Origin: Sedimentisphaera cyanobacteriorum
GTDB taxonomy: Bacteria > Planctomycetota > Phycisphaerae > Sedimentisphaerales > Sedimentisphaeraceae
Assembly (NCBI RefSeq): GCF_001997385.1
Contig: NZ_CP019633.1
Span: forward strand, 1,020,001 to 1,052,000
Direction: 5' to 3'
Length of the DNA: 32,000 nucleotides
Part shown: piece after piece, positions 16,390-25,738 of the stretch
Layout: each line of letters opens with the position of its first letter
Position numbering within the stretch: position 1 is the first letter of the stretch
Position numbers and translations under genes: made by a program
Notes under the pieces: model-generated
What the model was told of the DNA's origin: nothing
Database searches by the model: none
The model's input: the letters and a program-made list of their open reading frames with translations, nothing else

Positions 16390-17472
16390 ATGAGCGAAAA
16401 CTTAAGAATATCTCCCGCGCCGCATATAAGCCGAAAACATTCCACAAAGACAATTATGCTGGATGTTTTGATAGGACTCGCCCCTGCTTCTGCGGCGGCT
16501 GTTTATCACTTCCGCCAGCATGCAGTTATACTGATACTCACCTGCATACTGGCCAGTGCTGCGGTGGAGTATATCTGCTGCAAACTGATGAAACGCGAAA
16601 ACTCGCTTGGAGATTTAAGCGCCGTTGTTACAGGCTTGATATTGGCCCTCTCGCTGCCTCCGAAGCTTCCAGTAATTTATGCGGTTATCGGAAGCATATT
16701 CGCTGTGGGTGTATGCAAGATGGCCTTCGGCGGGCTCGGATGCAATATCTTCAACCCCGCTATGGGAGCAAGGGCTTTTCTTACTGTAAGCTTCGGGATG
16801 GCGATGGCCTCATGGCAGCTGCCTGCTCAAATGAACCCGGACATTCCAGATCTTGGGCCGCAGACAGAAATTACTGCTCAAAAAGGCTCGTCTGAGAAAG
16901 AGGAAGACGTTAAGATTGATGCAGTAACGCAGGCCACCCCCCTTTCGTGGGTGAAGCAGGCCGTAAAAACGAGAAATGCGGAAAAGGCCTCTGAAATCAT
17001 TAGCTCTAACTGGCCTAATTCTCAGCTCAAATACGCACTTACAGGCAATATCGGAGGTTCTCTTGGCGAAACAAATGCCCTTGCACTTCTTGCCGGCGGG
17101 ATATACCTCTTGATAAGACGCACAATCACTTGGCACATCCCGGCAGCAGTATTGGGCTCGGCTTTCATATTTGCAGAGATTGGGTATTTAATAGACAAAT
17201 CCGCATTCGCAAACCCTCTTGTGCATATGGTTTCGGGGGGTATGCTGATATGTGCATTCTTTATAGCAACAGATCCGGTATCCAGCCCAATAACCAGAGC
17301 CGGAACAGTGGTATTCGGCTGCGGAGTAGGACTTATAATAGTATTGATAAGACTTTTCGGAACGTATCCAGAAGGCGTAATGTTTGCAATTTTGATTATG
17401 AACGCATTTACCCCGCTGATAGACAGGATACTGCCTGCAAAACCAATTGGAGGAATACCTGATGGCAAATGA
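16390..17472 (+). CDS. rnfD: Rnf complex subunit D (membrane, FMN-binding)
   Basis: 360-aa polytopic ORF with RnfD/NqrB-type motifs (SPAPHI, NIFNPAMGARAFL, DAVTQATPL, GSLGETNALALLAGGIYLL, FIATDPVSSP). Confidence 0.9.
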   Translation: MSENLRISPAPHISRKHSTKTIMLDVLIGLAPASAAAVYHFRQHAVILILTCILASAAVEYICCKLMKRENSLGDLSAVVTGLILALSLPPKLPVIYAVIGSIFAVGVCKMAFGGLGCNIFNPAMGARAFLTVSFGMAMASWQLPAQMNPDIPDLGPQTEITAQKGSSEKEEDVKIDAVTQATPLSWVKQAVKTRNAEKASEIISSNWPNSQLKYALTGNIGGSLGETNALALLAGGIYLLIRRTITWHIPAAVLGSAFIFAEIGYLIDKSAFANPLVHMVSGGMLICAFFIATDPVSSPITRAGTVVFGCGVGLIIVLIRLFGTYPEGVMFAILIMNAFTPLIDRILPAKPIGGIPDGK

Positions 17473-18073
17473 AAATAAACTGGTTCTTTTCTGGAAGCAG
17501 AGCTGGCTGCTTGTAGTAGGCTCGCTGATTTTCGGGCTTCTTCTGGCTTCGGTAAACTACAGCCTGCAGCCAAAGATAAAGCAGAACAAGATTGACAAAC
17601 TAAATGAATCTCTGAATAAGGTTCTGCCCGAAGCGGAGGATTTCGAAAAGGTTATCGATAAGGAACAATTCGATTTTGCCGAAGATAAAATCAGCGTGTA
17701 CAAGGCAAAGAGTTCCGGGGAAACTTCCGGCTGGGCATTCACCGCCTCAGGTCCTGGTTATGCAGATAAAATCAAAATGCTGATTGCTGTGAATCCAGAA
17801 TTCGAGAACATAATCGGCTATAGCGTGCTTATGAGCAACGAAACCGCAGGTTTTGGAAGCAAAATAAAGGAACCATTCTATAAAGACCAGTTCAAGGGCG
17901 CCCCTGCAAAAGAGCTCGAGCTTATCAAGACCGGAGATGAAACTGTTATCGACAAAGAGATCGTTGCTGTAAGCGGTGCTACGGTAACCAGCAAGGCAGT
18001 TGTTAAGATATTCAACAAACATATCTCAGGAATCAAGGAAAAACTAACAGAGGAAGGGCTTTTAGATGAGTAA
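17462..18073 (+). CDS. rnfG: Rnf complex subunit G (FMN-binding)
   Basis: The track starts at TTG 17447. ATG 17462 follows a GGAGGA RBS (17449-17454) by 7 nt, so I prefer it. The product has a single N-terminal TM helix and the canonical flavinylation motif VSGATVTS. Confidence 0.85.
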   Translation: MANENKLVLFWKQSWLLVVGSLIFGLLLASVNYSLQPKIKQNKIDKLNESLNKVLPEAEDFEKVIDKEQFDFAEDKISVYKAKSSGETSGWAFTASGPGYADKIKMLIAVNPEFENIIGYSVLMSNETAGFGSKIKEPFYKDQFKGAPAKELELIKTGDETVIDKEIVAVSGATVTSKAVVKIFNKHISGIKEKLTEEGLLDE

Positions 18074-18680
18074 CGAAAAGACAAATCCTCTATCAGTTTT
18101 CTTGAACGGGCTTTGGAAAGAGAATCCGGTATTCGTGCTTCTTCTGGGGATGTGCCCGACGCTTGCAGTTACAGGCGATCTGGCCTCCTCGCTTACGATG
18201 GGGCTCAGCGCAACATTCGTGCTTTTCTGCTCAAATGTTGTTGTAAGCCTGATTCGCAGCCTGCTGAAGCCGCATATCAGGATACTTATGTTCACCCTTA
18301 CGATTTCCACTTTCGTAACGATTGTTGATCTTATACTGAAGGCATATTTGCCGGAGATGAGCGCAAAGCTCGGGCCTTATATCCCTCTGATTATCGTAAA
18401 CTGCCTGATTATATGCAGAGCGGAGGCCTGCGCAAGCAAACAAAAGCTCGGGATCGCTGTTCTCGATGCCCTCGGGATGGGTCTCGGCTTCACACTCACG
18501 CTCTCTGCTCTGGGAATCGTTCGTGAGATACTTTCCTACGGAACAGTGCTCGGATTTGCAATAGCGCCGGAAGGCTCGCTGAGCATATTCGGATTTGCTC
18601 TACCAGTTGGTGCGTTTATCACGCTCGGATTTATGCTCGGGATTGTGAATATTATAAACAGAAAAAAAGCAAAGGAATAA
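18066..18680 (+). CDS. rnfE: Rnf complex subunit E
   Basis: 204-aa membrane ORF with an RnfE/NqrD-type N-terminus (FLNGLWKENPVFVLLLGMCPTLAVT). It overlaps the rnfG stop by 8 nt. Confidence 0.9.
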   Translation: MSNEKTNPLSVFLNGLWKENPVFVLLLGMCPTLAVTGDLASSLTMGLSATFVLFCSNVVVSLIRSLLKPHIRILMFTLTISTFVTIVDLILKAYLPEMSAKLGPYIPLIIVNCLIICRAEACASKQKLGIAVLDALGMGLGFTLTLSALGIVREILSYGTVLGFAIAPEGSLSIFGFALPVGAFITLGFMLGIVNIINRKKAKE

Positions 18681-18684
18681 ACTG

Positions 18685-19275
18685 ATGGAACTTCTCCAAA
18701 CATTAATCCTCAGCTTCCTGTCTATCGTAATAGTAAACAACCTCGTATTCTCGAAGTTTCTCGGGATCTGCCCGTATCTGGGCGTATCGGGAAGACTGGA
18801 TATGGCGTTTGGGATGGGGATGGCCGTTACATTCGTTGTTACGCTAAGCGGAACAATGACATGGCTGATAGACAACTTTATCCTTATGCCGATGAATATT
18901 GAAGTAATGCGGTATGTATGCTTTATCCTCGTGATAGCGGGGGCAGTGCAGCTTGTTGAGATGTATGTGAGGAAATTCTTTCCGACGCTTTACGAGAGTT
19001 TCGGAATCTTCCTCGCCCTTATCACAACCAACTGCGCAATTCTCGGTTTGTGCCTGTTTCTCCATCTTTGGGGCGTAAGCAATTTCCTAAACGCCCTTGT
19101 CTTGAGCTTCGGGTCAGGCGTGGGTTTTACAATGGCAATATGCATAATGGCAGGAATAAGGGAAAATCTCGACCTTGCAGACGTGCCGGAATCGCTCAAG
19201 GGAGCTCCAATAACATTAATCACAGCAGGAATCCTTTCACTGGCCTTTATGGGCTTTAACGGTATGATCAAATGA
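18685..19275 (+). CDS. rnfA: Rnf complex subunit A
   Basis: 196-aa membrane ORF with the RnfA/NqrE-type signature (NNLVFSKFLGICPYLGVS). AAGGAA RBS upstream. Confidence 0.9.
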   Translation: MELLQTLILSFLSIVIVNNLVFSKFLGICPYLGVSGRLDMAFGMGMAVTFVVTLSGTMTWLIDNFILMPMNIEVMRYVCFILVIAGAVQLVEMYVRKFFPTLYESFGIFLALITTNCAILGLCLFLHLWGVSNFLNALVLSFGSGVGFTMAICIMAGIRENLDLADVPESLKGAPITLITAGILSLAFMGFNGMIK

Positions 19276-20126
19276 TATTTGGACAGGAAACTATGATACT
19301 CGCCAGCTTTATTGAATTTTTGAATCACATCTGGCCGGCAGGACTCACAATGGTTCTGCTGGGAAGCATCTTTGCTGCAGTTCTGCTCATTGCGAGCATA
19401 AAGCTGAAGGTGAAGACAGATCCGAAGATAGAGGCTATCAACGAAGTTCTTCCCGGCATAGACTGCGGTGCATGCGGATATGCAGGGTGCTCAGCCTATG
19501 CTAAGGCAGTTTATGAGAATCCTGAGCTTATAGGCCGGTGCGCTCCGGGCGGAAAGGATGTTTCAGAGAAGATTGCGGACATCCTCAATCTTCAGGCAGG
19601 AGGAGGCGATGTGCCGCTCAGGCCTGTTGTAAGGTGCAACGCGCGCACAGAAGATAAAAAATATTACGCTGATTATCTCGGCATTGAAAGCTGCACAGCA
19701 GCAGACGCCCTGCCCAATTCGCAGGCCTGCAAGTACGGATGTCTTGGTTTTGGAGACTGCGTTAAGGCGTGCAAATTCGATGCGATACATATTGTAAACG
19801 GGCTGGCGGATGTGGATTATGACAATTGCACCGGCTGCACGGCGTGTGTAAAGGCCTGCCCGCGGAATCTGATTGAAATGATACCATTCAAGAATGATGA
19901 TATGTATCTTGTAGCGTGCAGGACGCAGGAAACGGGCAAGCAGGCCAAAGAGAGATGCAAAGTGGGCTGTATCGGCTGCAAACTCTGCACTAAGGTTTCG
20001 GAGATGTTTGAGATGGACGGAAACGCGGCAGTTATCAACTACGATAAATACGATGAAGAAAAAGCCCGTGAGGCAGCAGAAAAGTGCCCCACGAAAGTAA
20101 TTGTTAAAAGAGGCAAAAACTCTTAG
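19272..20126 (+). CDS. rnfB: Rnf complex subunit B (polyferredoxin)
   Basis: 284-aa ORF with an N-terminal TM helix. It carries the Cys cluster CGACGYAGCSAYA and several ferredoxin-type motifs (CTGCTACVKACP, CIGCKLC, CKYGCLGFGDCVKAC). The ATGA overlap with the rnfA stop suggests translational coupling. An alternative start is ATG 19293. Confidence 0.88.
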   Translation: MIFGQETMILASFIEFLNHIWPAGLTMVLLGSIFAAVLLIASIKLKVKTDPKIEAINEVLPGIDCGACGYAGCSAYAKAVYENPELIGRCAPGGKDVSEKIADILNLQAGGGDVPLRPVVRCNARTEDKKYYADYLGIESCTAADALPNSQACKYGCLGFGDCVKACKFDAIHIVNGLADVDYDNCTGCTACVKACPRNLIEMIPFKNDDMYLVACRTQETGKQAKERCKVGCIGCKLCTKVSEMFEMDGNAAVINYDKYDEEKAREAAEKCPTKVIVKRGKNS

Positions 20127-20128
20127 TA

Positions 20129-21076
20129 TTATTTGCTGATAATCGTTCTCTCAAGCCAATCTCGGCATTGCTCCGGCCACTGCGCAGGACCAAACTCGCT
20201 GCCCGGCATCATACCAAAGCCGTGGCCTCCTCTTGGATAAATATGAAGTTCAGAGAGAACACCCGCCTCTATAAGAGCCTCATAGAACAGCACTGAATTC
20301 TGATAAGGCACAGCCCTGTCATCTGCAGCGTGTATAAGAAAAGCCGGCGGGGTATCAGAGGTTACTTGAAGTTCATTGGAAAGCTCATCAACAAGCTGTT
20401 TATCAGGCTTTCTGCCTAAAATTGAAATCTTCGATCCGCCGTGCGTTATTCCCCTCTGCATAGAGATCACAGGATAGACAAGAATCATAAAATCTGGTCT
20501 TGAGCTGAACCTTTCGGCAGGTTCTTCCGCGTTTTTACTGCCTTTGCTGTAATGAGTTCCTGCAGTTGAGGCCAGATGGCCGCCGGCAGAGAAGCCCATA
20601 ATGCCAACTTTATCAGCCTCGATACCCCACTTGCCAGCATTAAGCCTTGTTAATCTCACTGCCCTTTGAGCATCCATGAGCGGCACAGGGTGCTGGAAGT
20701 ATTTATGACGGTATTTCAGTACAATTCCGGCAGTTCCGAAGCTGTTCAGCCAATCGGCAATCTTACGCCCTTCCTTCTCTATAGAAAGGATGCTGTATCC
20801 GCCTCCCGGACATATTACAACAGCAGAGCCGTTTCTGTTATCCTCAGGCGGAAGGTATATTTCAATCTCAGGGGTGTCAACATTGCTGAGGTGTCCCTGA
20901 TGGTCTATAGTTTCCTCCTGCCCTATATCCTTAAAGTGCGGGATTTCGCTCTTATGCCATAGAGACATTTCAACTGCGGCGTCTTTGTTCATTCTCTGAT
21001 TCCCATCGCTCATAGCGGAAACCGCAAGAGCCAAACAAAAAATAATAATGAAAGTAAACTTTGCTTTAAAGTTCAT
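20129..21076 (-). CDS. Secreted alpha/beta-hydrolase esterase (carbohydrate/feruloyl-acetyl esterase-like)
   Basis: 315-aa ORF with a signal peptide. It has an oxyanion-type CPGGGY motif, the nucleophile elbow GFSAGGHLA, and a C-terminal GGHGF. AAGGAG RBS upstream. Confidence 0.8.
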   Translation of the reverse strand: MNFKAKFTFIIIFCLALAVSAMSDGNQRMNKDAAVEMSLWHKSEIPHFKDIGQEETIDHQGHLSNVDTPEIEIYLPPEDNRNGSAVVICPGGGYSILSIEKEGRKIADWLNSFGTAGIVLKYRHKYFQHPVPLMDAQRAVRLTRLNAGKWGIEADKVGIMGFSAGGHLASTAGTHYSKGSKNAEEPAERFSSRPDFMILVYPVISMQRGITHGGSKISILGRKPDKQLVDELSNELQVTSDTPPAFLIHAADDRAVPYQNSVLFYEALIEAGVLSELHIYPRGGHGFGMMPGSEFGPAQWPEQCRDWLERTIISK

Positions 21077-21165
21077 AATTAAGCTCCTTTAATTATTAAG
21101 AATGATTTATTTTACATATTTTTACGTGTTTGGCAAAACCGACCGTTTTTAAAGCCGTTTAAGCC

Positions 21166-21193
21166 TTGAAATTCCAAGCCGGTAAAATATAAT
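21166..21193 (+). promoter_or_regulatory. Candidate sigma70-type promoter for the glycogen cluster (TTGAAA-N16-TATAAT)
   Basis: TTGAAA at 21166-21171, a 16-nt spacer, then a perfect TATAAT at 21188-21193. It lies 63 nt upstream of the ATG at 21256. Confidence 0.4.
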
Positions 21194-21255
21194 TGAATTC
21201 GATATGGTTGTGAGCGTTTGCGGAGGCTGAAAAAGCTATTTATGAGGTATTGAAA

Positions 21256-21543
21256 ATGGCGAGAAAGAAAAATAATGTACGCCGCAGGAGAGTAGAATTT
21301 GAGTATGAAGCTGACCCTGGAAGTGAGGTTTATGTTGCAGGAAGTTTTAACGACTGGAAAGAAGATGCAAAAAAACTGAAGGACCAGGATGGAAACGGCA
21401 ATTTTAAGGCCGCGGCTATGATACCTCTTGGAACCCACGAATATAAATTTAAGGTATCGGGTAAATGGTGTATTGACCCCAACAACCCAAACATCTCCAA
21501 AAACTGCCACGGGACGCTGAACAACGTCCTGATTGTAGAGTAG
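21256..21543 (+). CDS. Stand-alone CBM48 / AMPK-beta-like glycogen-binding domain protein
   Basis: The track starts at TTG 21250. ATG 21256 follows a GAGGT RBS by 6 nt. The 95-aa product aligns by eye with the AMPK beta glycogen-binding domain: EVYVAGSFNDW vs EVYLSGSFNNW, HEYKFKVSGKWCIDPNNP vs HQYKFFVDGQWTHDPSEP, and GTLNNVLIV vs GTVNNIIQV. Confidence 0.75.
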   Translation: MARKKNNVRRRRVEFEYEADPGSEVYVAGSFNDWKEDAKKLKDQDGNGNFKAAAMIPLGTHEYKFKVSGKWCIDPNNPNISKNCHGTLNNVLIVE

Positions 21544-21591
21544 CTTAAACGACAAGCTTAAAATAAACCGCAATTGAGATAGGACATTTGT

Positions 21592-24147
21592 ATGAGAAAC
21601 ATTCGTCTCTTTAATGTATTACCTAAAATTCCCTCAAAACTTCAATTTTTAGAAACACTTGCAGATAATGTATGGTGGTGCTGGAATAAGGAAGCAATAT
21701 CGCTTTTCAGATATATAGACCTTGATCTTTGGAAAGAGTGTAAATCAAATCCTAAAATATTGCTCAAAAGAGCCGGACAGGAAAGGCTTGAAGAACTTTC
21801 TGAAGACCCAACCTTCCTAAAACAGCTTGATGAAGTGCGCGAAAAATTTCAGACTGAAGTGGAAAAGCCTGAAAAGGAAAAGCAAAACAGCAGTGGTAAT
21901 AACTGCATCGCATATTTTTCACTTGAACACGGACTTCACGAGAGCATCCGTCTTTACTCCGGAGGGCTTGGCATTCTAGCAGGCGACCATTTAAAAAGCG
22001 CCTCGGAGCTCGAACTTCCGATGGTTGGCGTGGGGCTTTTGTACCGACAGGGATATTTCCGCCAGACGATAGACAAAGACGGCTGGCAGAACGAGCATTA
22101 CCCCGACAACAATATCGAGCATATGCCTGTTTCACGAGCGAGAGATGCAAACGGCGGGGAAATAATGGTTTCTCTGCGTCTTGCTGATCAGGTGGTGCAT
22201 GCGATAATCTGGCAGATGAAGGTTGGCAACGTAAAGCTGTATCTGCTTGATACTGAGATCCCGGAAAATTCGCCCGATATGCGCAGCATTACTTGGCGGC
22301 TTTACGGGGGCGATAAGAAAATGAGGCTCCATCAGGAGCTTCTGCTTGGCATAGCAGGCCATCAGGCGCTCGTAAAGCTCGGATACGAGCCTAAGGTATG
22401 CCACATAAACGAAGGGCATGCCGCTTTCATAAGTCTTTCCAGAATTTCTCATCTTATCGAAACAAGAGACATTGATTACAATACAGCTATTCAGATAGCA
22501 TGGCGAACAAATATATTCACTACTCACACCCCTGTACCTGCGGGTAATGAGGTGTTTGATATAGAACTGCTTCGCCCATACCTTGAAGCGCTGCAGGAAG
22601 ACCTTCATTTAGACCCGAACAGGATAATACGCTGGGGGCTGCCTCCGAATTCAGGCGAGGATATCCGTGAATTTTCAATGACGATTCTCGGGCTTCGCAT
22701 GGCGAACTATTCAAACGGAGTGAGCCGGCTGCACGGGGAAGTTGCAAGGAATATGTGGGCTCATTTATGGCCTGATAAGCCGAAAGATGAAGTTCCAATC
22801 AAACACGTAACAAACGGGGTGCACGTAAGAAGCTGGGTTTCACGGAGGAATCAAGAGCTCTACGACCGGTATCTCTCTCCCGGCTGGGAACACTTTATAG
22901 ACAACGAAACTATATGCAGCGAAATAGACCGAATCCCGGATACCCTGCTCTGGCAGGTGCATCAGATGGAAAAAGCAGACCTCGTGCACAGCACAAGAAG
23001 CGCTATAACAAGGCAGCTTTCAAATCTGAACGCCACAGAAAAAGAGAAGAGAAGCGTGCATAACTGCCTTGACCCCTATGCGCTTACAATAGGCTTCGCA
23101 AGACGTTTTGCTACTTACAAGCGCGCAACCCTTCTGCTCTCGGACAAAGATCGGCTCGCCAATTTGCTAAAGAGCGAGGATAAGCCTGTTCAGTTTATAT
23201 TTGCCGGCAAAGCCCATCCGGCTGATGAGAAGGGCAAGAGCTTTATCCATGAGATAATCCAGTTTGCGAAGGAATACGGAGTATCCCACAGGGTTGTATT
23301 CCTCGAAGACTACGATATCAGAATCGCCAGAACTATGGTGCACGGTGTGGATGTATGGCTGAATAATCCGGAGCGTCCTAAAGAAGCCAGCGGCACCTCG
23401 GGAATGAAGGTGGCCATAAACGGCGGAATTAACTGCAGCATCCTCGACGGCTGGTGGGCAGAGGCCTACTGCCCCGAATGCGGCTGGGCAATACCCAGCA
23501 GAGATGATGTCTATGACGAGCAGTACAGAAATATAATTGAGGCCCAGGCCCTTTTCAACATCTTGGAAAATGAAATCGTCCCATGCTATTACAGCCGTAA
23601 GACAGGCGAAATGCCGGCTGAATGGATCGCAAAAATTAAGCAGAGCCTGAAGATGGCCTTGTACAACTTCTCAAGCAACAGAATGGTCTATGAATATAAA
23701 GAACATTTCTATACGCCTGCATTAGGGGCTTATGATAAGCTTACTGATTCAAAATGCAGCTACGCCAAAGAGCTGGCGAAGGTTAAGCAGACTTACTACG
23801 AAAAGCTTGGAAACGTTAATATCGGCATACCGCAGATTATAGAAGACATCTCGCACGTTTATGTTAACGACAAGATTACAGTAAGGCTTGAGGTGTATTT
23901 AGACGGGCTCGATCCTGAGCAGGTTGATGTGGAGCTTTATTACGGGCCAGTTGACCCTACAAACAAAGTGATTTCGAGCAATATAGCAAAGATGAACATA
24001 ATAGAAGATAAATCTAAAGGCAATTATCTATACGAAGCGCAGGTGAACTGCCAGATGGCAGGCAGATTCGGCGTAACAGCCAGACTCACACCTGCCGGAA
24101 ACACTTGGGACAATCATATACCTAATTTCGTTGTCTGGTCGGACTAA
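21592..24147 (+). CDS. glgP: Alpha-glucan (glycogen/maltodextrin) phosphorylase, GT35
   Basis: 851-aa ORF. The N-terminal region is typical of the long bacterial/archaeal alpha-glucan phosphorylases (NVWWCWN). Other motifs are YFSLEHGL, YSGGLGILAGDHLKSAS and the PLP-lysine motif EASGTSGMK. Confidence 0.9.
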   Translation: MRNIRLFNVLPKIPSKLQFLETLADNVWWCWNKEAISLFRYIDLDLWKECKSNPKILLKRAGQERLEELSEDPTFLKQLDEVREKFQTEVEKPEKEKQNSSGNNCIAYFSLEHGLHESIRLYSGGLGILAGDHLKSASELELPMVGVGLLYRQGYFRQTIDKDGWQNEHYPDNNIEHMPVSRARDANGGEIMVSLRLADQVVHAIIWQMKVGNVKLYLLDTEIPENSPDMRSITWRLYGGDKKMRLHQELLLGIAGHQALVKLGYEPKVCHINEGHAAFISLSRISHLIETRDIDYNTAIQIAWRTNIFTTHTPVPAGNEVFDIELLRPYLEALQEDLHLDPNRIIRWGLPPNSGEDIREFSMTILGLRMANYSNGVSRLHGEVARNMWAHLWPDKPKDEVPIKHVTNGVHVRSWVSRRNQELYDRYLSPGWEHFIDNETICSEIDRIPDTLLWQVHQMEKADLVHSTRSAITRQLSNLNATEKEKRSVHNCLDPYALTIGFARRFATYKRATLLLSDKDRLANLLKSEDKPVQFIFAGKAHPADEKGKSFIHEIIQFAKEYGVSHRVVFLEDYDIRIARTMVHGVDVWLNNPERPKEASGTSGMKVAINGGINCSILDGWWAEAYCPECGWAIPSRDDVYDEQYRNIIEAQALFNILENEIVPCYYSRKTGEMPAEWIAKIKQSLKMALYNFSSNRMVYEYKEHFYTPALGAYDKLTDSKCSYAKELAKVKQTYYEKLGNVNIGIPQIIEDISHVYVNDKITVRLEVYLDGLDPEQVDVELYYGPVDPTNKVISSNIAKMNIIEDKSKGNYLYEAQVNCQMAGRFGVTARLTPAGNTWDNHIPNFVVWSD

Positions 24148-24208
24148 GCTCAGTCGGTCTGGAGGGTATATAGCCTGTCCCTTCTCTGAAGAGTAACAGC
24201 GAGGTATT

Positions 24209-25738
24209 ATGGCTATAAAAAAACGCGCCTCCAAAAGTAAATCCTTGAGGATACTGGTGGTTACCCCTGAGGTAACCTACCTGCCCCACGGAATGGGCAA
24301 TTATGCCAACCAGCTTGCTGCAAAGGCCGGCGGGCTTGCGGATGTATCTGCTTCACTGATCTCATGTCTCTATGAGCTTGGCGCAGACGTTCATATCGCA
24401 ATACCCAACTTTCGCAGGATATTCAGCTTTGAAATCGGAAGGCTTGTGGAAGACGAGCTGCGTCTGTACCTGAACAAATTGAGCCACAGCAGGATTCATC
24501 TAGCCGAAGACAGGGTTTTCTACTATCAGGACAAGATCTACGGCAACTATATGAAGGAGAGTTTCAAGGTTAGCCTTGCCTTCCAGAGAGAGGTTGTAAA
24601 CAACATAATTCCGAATGTTAATCCTGATATAATACACTGCAACGACTGGATGACCGGGCTTATCCCAGGCTTTGCCCGCAGGCTCAATATTCCCTGCCTT
24701 TTTACCGTACATAACATCCACACCCAGCGGCTAACGCTTGAATACATTGAAGAACACGGCGGCATAGACGCAGCAAATTTTTGGCAGAATCTTTACTATG
24801 AGTATCCGCCTCAGAACTATGAAGAATCGCGTTCAAGCAATCTGGTTGACCTGCTTACAAGCGGGATATTTGCTGCGCATTTTATAAATACCGTGAGCCC
24901 AACGTTCCTTGAAGAGATCATAAAGGGACAGCACAGTTTCATCCCGGAACAGGTGCGGGGAGAAATATCTAATAAGTATCATTCCGGCTGTGCTGCGGGT
25001 ATTCTTAATTCTCCAGACCCTTCATACAACCCAGAAACAGATGATGCCCTGAAAGAGAAATACGACAGCACTAATTTTTATTCTGCTAAAAAGGTGAACA
25101 AGGCTCAATTCCAAAAGGCGCTGGGGCTTACTGAAGACCCGAACGCACCGCTCTTTTTCTGGCCTTCAAGGCTCGATCCAAACCAGAAGGGCTGCCAGCT
25201 TCTGGCTGAAATCCTCTTCAAGGTCATAAATGAAAACGTGAATGAAAATCTGCAAGTTGCAATTGTTGCCAACGGCGAGTTCAAAGAGCATTTCCACAAC
25301 ATCGCAGCCTTCCACAATATCCACAGCAGCCTTGCAGTACACGATTTCAGCGAGAATCTCTCAAGGCTGGGATTTGCGGCTTCAGATTTTATGCTTATGC
25401 CTTCGCTCTTCGAACCCTGCGGACTGCCTCAGATGATAGCGCCGAAATACGGCAGCCTGCCTGTTGTAAACGATACGGGCGGCCTGCACGATACGATAGT
25501 CCACATGGACTCTCTGAACAATTGCGGAAATGGATTCCTCTTCAATACTTACAACTCAGAAGGGCTTAAATGGGCGATTGAGCAGGCAGTAGAATTTCAT
25601 AAGCTCCCCGAAGAGACAAAACAAAGGCAGATTCACAGAGTGATGGAAGAGGCTAATTCAAGGTTCAACCATTCTGTTACCGCTCAGGCATATATTGATA
25701 TTTATGAGAAAATGGCAAAAAGGCCTCTAATAGATTAA
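24209..25738 (+). CDS. glgA: Glycogen/starch synthase, GT5
   Basis: 509-aa ORF with the KAGGLADV motif near the N-terminus, HCNDWMTGLIP, and the C-terminal motifs PSLFEPCGLPQM and TGGLHDT. GAGGT RBS upstream. Confidence 0.9.
   Translation: MAIKKRASKSKSLRILVVTPEVTYLPHGMGNYANQLAAKAGGLADVSASLISCLYELGADVHIAIPNFRRIFSFEIGRLVEDELRLYLNKLSHSRIHLAEDRVFYYQDKIYGNYMKESFKVSLAFQREVVNNIIPNVNPDIIHCNDWMTGLIPGFARRLNIPCLFTVHNIHTQRLTLEYIEEHGGIDAANFWQNLYYEYPPQNYEESRSSNLVDLLTSGIFAAHFINTVSPTFLEEIIKGQHSFIPEQVRGEISNKYHSGCAAGILNSPDPSYNPETDDALKEKYDSTNFYSAKKVNKAQFQKALGLTEDPNAPLFFWPSRLDPNQKGCQLLAEILFKVINENVNENLQVAIVANGEFKEHFHNIAAFHNIHSSLAVHDFSENLSRLGFAASDFMLMPSLFEPCGLPQMIAPKYGSLPVVNDTGGLHDTIVHMDSLNNCGNGFLFNTYNSEGLKWAIEQAVEFHKLPEETKQRQIHRVMEEANSRFNHSVTAQAYIDIYEKMAKRPLID

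Noticed and set aside
21112-21573. 153-aa minus-strand ORF overlapping the CBM48 gene
   Set aside because: The plus-strand frame has residue-level similarity to AMPK-beta CBM48, an RBS and a promoter. The minus-strand product has no recognisable features and would span the intergenic promoter region.
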